Below, piece after piece: positions 58,968 through 64,000 of a stretch of 64,000 bases of DNA. The position numbers and the translations under genes were made by a program. Below the pieces are notes generated by a model. That model saw nothing but the letters and a program-made list of their open reading frames with translations. It was not told the origin of the DNA and did no database searches. Where the stretch lies: positions 2,208,001 to 2,272,000 of the forward strand of contig OZ245365.1 of assembly GCA_965226495.1 (NCBI GenBank), in the 5' to 3' direction. Position 1 is the first letter of the stretch. Each line of letters starts with the position of its first letter. Source of the DNA: Candidatus Marinacidobacterales bacterium (lineage in GTDB: Bacteria; Acidobacteriota; Vicinamibacteria; Marinacidobacterales; DATDRI01).

Positions 58968-60658
58968 TAGTTTTCATAAACGACTTCTCCCTTGAAGATC
59001 GTCTTCTGAATCTCAGTCTTGTGGATCTCGGTCTCCGGAATTTCGAAAAGGTTGTGGTTGAGAACGATCATGTCGGCCCACTTGCCCGTTTCAATCGATC
59101 CAGTTTCTTCGTCGACCATCAGAGACCAGGCAGTATTAATCGTATAAGCCTCGATCGCTTCGGCCACGGTCAATCCTTGCTCCGGACTCATCTTCGGTAC
59201 ATCTGGTTTGCCCGGGGTGCCGCGCGTCACAGTGGCTTCCATGCCCCACCATGGCCAGAGCGTCGCTGCCGGCGCGTCGGTATGATTGACCAGTCGCATA
59301 CCTGCGTCCCACCTGTCGCGGTTCGCATACATTCGCGCCCAGGTTTCCGGTTTCAACACCGGCTTGATGTTACCGACGTTGTAATTGACGGGCGCGTTCA
59401 ACGGCGGCCAGATCGTGCAGCTGACATCGAGATCCACAAATCGCTGAAAGTCGTCAGGATGTATCAGGCTGCAATGATCCATATGGTGACGAAGACGGTT
59501 GTTGCCATTGGCCTTAATGACCGTTTCGTAACCATCTAGGGTTGCGCGCACTGTTCCATCGCCGATCGCATGGACTTTCACCTGGAAGCCTGCCGCGTCG
59601 AGTTGGGCGATGTAGTCCGCAAACTCATCGGCAGCCACAACCGGCCGAGCCGATTTTTCGGGATCAGCAAAACCATCAACTAGCGGCGCGGAAATCGACT
59701 CAATTGACCCGTCCATACCTATTTTGACGGCTTTGTGGCCTGGCAGGTCATGGCCGTTCCACCACTCGAGCAATTCCTCTACAGGCGTAAGCTCGGGCGT
59801 TCCCAGATTGCCTTTGAGATACAGAACCATGTGTTGGTTTAGCTTTCCTTCCTGCTTCAACTCCTGATAGGGCTGAAGATCGTGTTCGAAAACGTAGGCA
59901 TCGCCAACGGCTGTGATGCCTTTCGACGTTGCTTCGTCGAGTAATTTCATGAACGCAATCTTGCGCAACTCGGTGTCGAATGGCGGCATGGCTTCCAAAA
60001 ACGGATTCAATCCCCCCTCGAAGGCCAGGCCCGATATATCGCCATCTTCTGTTCGGCTGAAAAAACTCTCCGGCGTGTCTTCAGTGTCTCTCGATACTCC
60101 GGCCGCCTCCATCGCAAGCGTATTGAACCAGGCCGTGTGACCGCCCGTCTCGTCCTCGATAAAGGCTGGGCGGTCAGGAATAAGTTCGTCGAGAAATTCG
60201 CGTGTCAACGTCTCCTTAGACATCGCTGGCATTGTCCACCCTGTTGCAACGAACCATTCGCGATCGTCGGGATAGTTGGCTATGCACTCCTTCAGTGCGT
60301 CGATAGTCTGCTCTTCGGTGGGTTCATAGAAGGTTCCCGGCAGCCCACAAAACGCGCGTTTTGGCATAACCAACGCAGGGTGAATATGACTGTCGCCGAT
60401 TCCTGGCATTGCAAACGCACTAGCGAGATCGATGACGTCCGTTCCGTCGTCGGTCACGGCTTCTACGTCGGCCTTCGAGCCGACGACCAGGAACTTGCCG
60501 TCTTTGATCGCCACCGCCTCGACCCAGGGCTGGGCCTCGTTAACGGTGTAGATTCTGCCGTTCGTGTAGACGGTGTCGGCGACGTCGCCAGACGGCTGCT
60601 GGGTACAGCTAATCGGTAGAAGTGCAATCAGCGCAGTAGTGATTATCGCAACTTTCAT
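58967..60658 (-). CDS. amidohydrolase 3 (YtcJ-like) lipoprotein, paralog 1
   Basis: Lipobox PISC, NGRIYTV, PGIGDSHIH, HAIGD, HMDHC, HTD, YTIN.A, GSIETGKWAD; alternative start 60712 overlaps upstream stop. Confidence 0.92.
   Translation of the reverse strand: MKVAIITTALIALLPISCTQQPSGDVADTVYTNGRIYTVNEAQPWVEAVAIKDGKFLVVGSKADVEAVTDDGTDVIDLASAFAMPGIGDSHIHPALVMPKRAFCGLPGTFYEPTEEQTIDALKECIANYPDDREWFVATGWTMPAMSKETLTREFLDELIPDRPAFIEDETGGHTAWFNTLAMEAAGVSRDTEDTPESFFSRTEDGDISGLAFEGGLNPFLEAMPPFDTELRKIAFMKLLDEATSKGITAVGDAYVFEHDLQPYQELKQEGKLNQHMVLYLKGNLGTPELTPVEELLEWWNGHDLPGHKAVKIGMDGSIESISAPLVDGFADPEKSARPVVAADEFADYIAQLDAAGFQVKVHAIGDGTVRATLDGYETVIKANGNNRLRHHMDHCSLIHPDDFQRFVDLDVSCTIWPPLNAPVNYNVGNIKPVLKPETWARMYANRDRWDAGMRLVNHTDAPAATLWPWWGMEATVTRGTPGKPDVPKMSPEQGLTVAEAIEAYTINTAWSLMVDEETGSIETGKWADMIVLNHNLFEIPETEIHKTEIQKTIFKGEVVYEN
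60474..60554. repeat. 81-bp exact direct repeat, copy A (copy B at 62240-62320; 24-bp partial at 63956-63979)
   Basis: TTCGAGCCGACGACCAGGAACTTGCCGTCTTTGATCGCCACCGCCTCGACCCAGGGCTGGGCCTCGTTAACGGTGTAGATT identical in two amidohydrolase genes. Confidence 0.92.
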
Positions 60659-60708
60659 TGTCCATCTTCCTTCGGAATTAGGTCCTTTTGGATTTCGGAC
60701 GGTCTTTG

Positions 60709-62424
60709 TCATTCGGCCTTTTCATAGACGACGCGGCCGTTGAATATCGTAGTTAGCACCTGGGTCTCGCTGATATTGTCGACGTCGATCTCGAGCAGGT
60801 TCCGGTCGAGCACGATGAAGTCGGCGTATTTTCCCTTCTCGAGAGAGCCGATGCGGTCCTCCCGGAGGATGGCGTAGGCACCGCCGAGAGTGTAAGCGCG
60901 GATGGACTCCTCAACAGTGATGCCCTGCGCGGCGTTGTTGGGCTCGGACTCAGTCCTGCCGACATACGGGTCGCGACGGTGTACGACGCCTTCGAGCAGA
61001 GGAAACGGCTCCTGCGGGAGGGCGGAGTAGTCCGTGCCCACGGCGATGATCGCGCCGCTGTCGATGGCGGAGCGTAGCGGCTGGAGCCGACTCAAGCGCT
61101 CCGGGCCGAGGAACTGCAGGTACGAGTCATGGACGCCCGGCGTGGTGAAGCCGAAGGACGGCGCGAAGCCGATTACGCCGTTGACGCGTGTCAGTCGCTC
61201 CAGTTGCTCCTCGCTTGGCAGGCCCATGTGGTCCGGATAGTGGCGGGCATTGAGCTTTCCGCCGTTGGCCTTGGCGGCGGCCTCGAGCGCGTTGGTCACC
61301 GCCTCTATCGTCGCGTCGCCGATGACGTGCATGTGGACGCTGACGCCCTTGCTGTCAAAAAGGGCAACCAGGCGGTTGAGCTCTTCGACTTCGATGGACA
61401 TCCTGCCGTATTCGTCCTCCGTCCCCTCGAACGGCTCGAGCACCTTGATGCCGTAGCCATTCAGGTCACCGTCGCAGAAGATCTTCACGAAGTTCGGATC
61501 GACCCACTCGGACTCGTACTGCTGTCGGCGGTCGATCTGCTCCATGCGCTCGTCAAAGGTGTACCGCGACTGCATGAAGTTGACATCCAAGCTGACCGCC
61601 CAGTGGAGCGTGACCTCGCCTCGTTCCGCCAGGGTTCGGAGGGCGCGCAACCCGTCCTCAGTACCGCTGGCCGTGTAATGCGCCGTGACGCCCTTGCGGT
61701 TGAACTCATCCTGGATCCAGAGCGCAGCCTCTACGTCCTCCTCGGGGGAGGGCTTGGGTGCGAACTTCTTGAGCACGCCGAGCGCCGTCTCGCGGACGGT
61801 GCCCGTGGGAACACCGCTGTCGTCGCGCTCAATGATCGCGTACTTGGGTGGTTGGTAGTCCTCGGCCATCATGCCTGCGGTTTCCAGCGCAACCGTGTTG
61901 CACCAAACAGAGTGGCCGCCCTGATCCAACAGGCAGACGGGGACGTCGGGGACCGCCGCGTCAAGGTCCTTGCGGTGCGGGTTCTCAAAGGGAAAGAGGC
62001 CCTTGGGCCAGACGCCCCCCTCGATCCAAGTCTTCTCTGGATGCGCCGCGACATAGGCCGTGAGTTGCTGCTGGATCTCCTCGAGGCTGCCGATCTCCTC
62101 ATCGAGCAGTAGCTGACTGTTTTTCTCGTGGGCGGTGATGAACGGATGGGTGTGGGTGTCTACCAGCCCCGGCATGGCGAAGGCGCCGTCCAGGTCGACC
62201 ACTTCTGTGCCGTCAGTGGTCACCGCCTCGACGTCGGCGTTCGAGCCGACGACCAGGAACTTGCCGTCTTTGATCGCCACCGCCTCGACCCAGGGCTGGG
62301 CCTCGTTAACGGTGTAGATTTTGCCGTTGGTGTAGACGGTATCGGCGACCTCTCCAGTCGGCTGTTGAGCGCAGCCAACCGCTAAAAGTGCGAATAGAGC
62401 AATCGCATTTGTCGAATATTTCAT
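60709..62424 (-). CDS. amidohydrolase 3 (YtcJ-like) lipoprotein, paralog 2
   Basis: Lipobox AVGC, NGKIYTV, PGLVDTHTH, HVIGD, HYPDH, GTD, GSLEKGKYAD. Confidence 0.93.
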   Translation of the reverse strand: MKYSTNAIALFALLAVGCAQQPTGEVADTVYTNGKIYTVNEAQPWVEAVAIKDGKFLVVGSNADVEAVTTDGTEVVDLDGAFAMPGLVDTHTHPFITAHEKNSQLLLDEEIGSLEEIQQQLTAYVAAHPEKTWIEGGVWPKGLFPFENPHRKDLDAAVPDVPVCLLDQGGHSVWCNTVALETAGMMAEDYQPPKYAIIERDDSGVPTGTVRETALGVLKKFAPKPSPEEDVEAALWIQDEFNRKGVTAHYTASGTEDGLRALRTLAERGEVTLHWAVSLDVNFMQSRYTFDERMEQIDRRQQYESEWVDPNFVKIFCDGDLNGYGIKVLEPFEGTEDEYGRMSIEVEELNRLVALFDSKGVSVHMHVIGDATIEAVTNALEAAAKANGGKLNARHYPDHMGLPSEEQLERLTRVNGVIGFAPSFGFTTPGVHDSYLQFLGPERLSRLQPLRSAIDSGAIIAVGTDYSALPQEPFPLLEGVVHRRDPYVGRTESEPNNAAQGITVEESIRAYTLGGAYAILREDRIGSLEKGKYADFIVLDRNLLEIDVDNISETQVLTTIFNGRVVYEKAE

Positions 62425-64000
62425 TGTCCACCTTTCTTTTGATACACGACCTGCCCGCTGAAGACCGTGGTAAGGACGTCGGTATCGCTGATGTCGTCGA
62501 CAGCGATCTCGAGCAGATTGCGGTCAAGCACCAGAAAATCCGCGTACTTGCCTTCTTCGATCGATCCAATTCGGTCTTCGGCAAGCATGGCGTACGCGCC
62601 ACCCATCGTGTAAACATGGATCGCTTCTTCTACGGAAATACTCTCCGCCGCATTGTTCGCCTCAGACTCGTCAGGGCCGACCCAGGGGTTTCTGCGATGT
62701 GTCATGCCCTCGAGCAATGGCCATGGATCCTGAGGAAGACTGGAATAGTCAGTCCCTGTGCCGACAATCGCGCCGGCATCAAGGGCGGTTCGCATGGGCT
62801 GCATGCGATTCAGTCGTTCCTGCCCTACGAACTGGAGATAGGATTCGTGGATTCCCGGAAACGTGAATGAAAAATAGGGTGCGAAACCGATTACGCCATT
62901 TAGTTTCACAAGCCGGTCGATCTGGTCTGGGGTGATGAATCCCAAATGATCCGGGTAATGGCGCGTATTCAACTTGCCGCCATTGGCTTCGGCCGCAGCC
63001 TCCAGTGCCTCGACGAGATACTCAATCGTTTGATCGCCAATGGCGTGGAACTGGACGCTGACCTCTTTTGCGTCGAGTAACTGCACAAGTCGGGTTAATT
63101 CGGCCGGCTCGATATTGGTACGACCGTACTCGTCCGTCGTACCTTCGAAGGGTTCCATCATGTTGATGCCGAAGCCGTTGAGGTCTCCGTCAACAAAGAT
63201 TTTCGCGAAATCGACACCGACATAGTCCGAGGCGTACTTTCCCCGGTCATCGATTTGCCGCATGCGTTCTTCAAGTGAGAATCGCGACTCGAAAAAGTTA
63301 ACGTCCAGTGAAACGGCCCAGTGAAGGCTCAGGTCGCCGCGCTCGGCGGCTCGATGCAAGGCTCGCAGGCCTTCTTCGACACCTTGTGCAGTTCGATGTC
63401 CTGTGATCCCGTTCCGATTGAATAACTCCTGAACGAATATCGCAGCCTGGTCATATATCTCAGCAGCCGGCGTCGGTAGGAACTTGTTGAGATGCCCGAT
63501 CGCTGTCTCGCGGATCGTGCCGGACGGCACGCCGTTTTCATCACGCTCGACAATAGCGAACTCGGGAGGCTCGAAGCCCGGGTCCATGAAACCGGCGATT
63601 TCCAGCGCCTTGGTGTTACACCAGCGGGCGTGTCCCCCCTGATCCATCAACGCAACCGGACGGTCCGGCACGACTTCATCGAGCCATTCACGCATGGGAT
63701 TTTCACGATCAAACATGCCTTTGGGCCAAGCCAATCCTTCGATCCATTCTTTGTCGGGGTTCGCTTCGGCATAGGCCACGACCTGCTGTTGAATGTCTTC
63801 CAGAGACTTGGGGTCGTCCAGTACCAGTTGATCTAATACCTGGATGGCGCTCATGAAAGGGTGGGTATGGGTGTCGATCATTCCCGGCATCACAAACTGG
63901 CCGCCAAGGTCCACGACCTCAGTGGCATCGCCAGTCACCGCCGCGACATCGGCGCTCGAGCCGACGACCAGGAACTTGCGGTCCTTAATTGCTACCGCCT
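62421..64000 (-). CDS. amidohydrolase 3 (YtcJ-like), paralog 3, 5' end beyond window
   Basis: Frame open to window end (AVAIKDRKFLVVGSSADV...), PGMIDTHTH, HAIGD, HYPDH, GSIEEGKYAD; ATGA overlap with paralog 2. Confidence 0.92.
   Translation of the reverse strand, partial: AVAIKDRKFLVVGSSADVAAVTGDATEVVDLGGQFVMPGMIDTHTHPFMSAIQVLDQLVLDDPKSLEDIQQQVVAYAEANPDKEWIEGLAWPKGMFDRENPMREWLDEVVPDRPVALMDQGGHARWCNTKALEIAGFMDPGFEPPEFAIVERDENGVPSGTIRETAIGHLNKFLPTPAAEIYDQAAIFVQELFNRNGITGHRTAQGVEEGLRALHRAAERGDLSLHWAVSLDVNFFESRFSLEERMRQIDDRGKYASDYVGVDFAKIFVDGDLNGFGINMMEPFEGTTDEYGRTNIEPAELTRLVQLLDAKEVSVQFHAIGDQTIEYLVEALEAAAEANGGKLNTRHYPDHLGFITPDQIDRLVKLNGVIGFAPYFSFTFPGIHESYLQFVGQERLNRMQPMRTALDAGAIVGTGTDYSSLPQDPWPLLEGMTHRRNPWVGPDESEANNAAESISVEEAIHVYTMGGAYAMLAEDRIGSIEEGKYADFLVLDRNLLEIAVDDISDTDVLTTVFSGQVVYQKKGGQ

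Overview
GC-rich bacterial chromosomal segment, probably Acidobacteriota (Vicinamibacteria-like; inferred from gene content and repeat style, not from a search). It holds about 55 CDS. Housekeeping genes include def-fmt, aroC, msrB, copA, gdh, pgsA, ugd-galE-GT2, msbA-yicC-gmk-coaBC-udg-priA and panB. A cell-surface glycan cluster (GT4, GT2, GT4, GT4, wcaJ, UDP-GlcA decarboxylase) appears interrupted by a ~7.4 kb block carrying a D-aminoacylase, an S9 peptidase, the selenoneine genes senA-senB (no senC/selD in the window) and a membrane protein. The right end is an accessory catabolic region: TauD dioxygenase, a VapBC pair, a gene-remnant scar, and at least three tandem amidohydrolases (the two complete ones with lipoprotein signals), two of which share an 81-bp identical 5' segment although their catalytic domains are diverged. 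Three distinct REP/MITE-like palindrome families, several micro-duplications and several clean leaderless sigma70 promoters are visible. No rRNA, tRNA, CRISPR array, integrase or transposase was found. All product calls are by motif recognition only.
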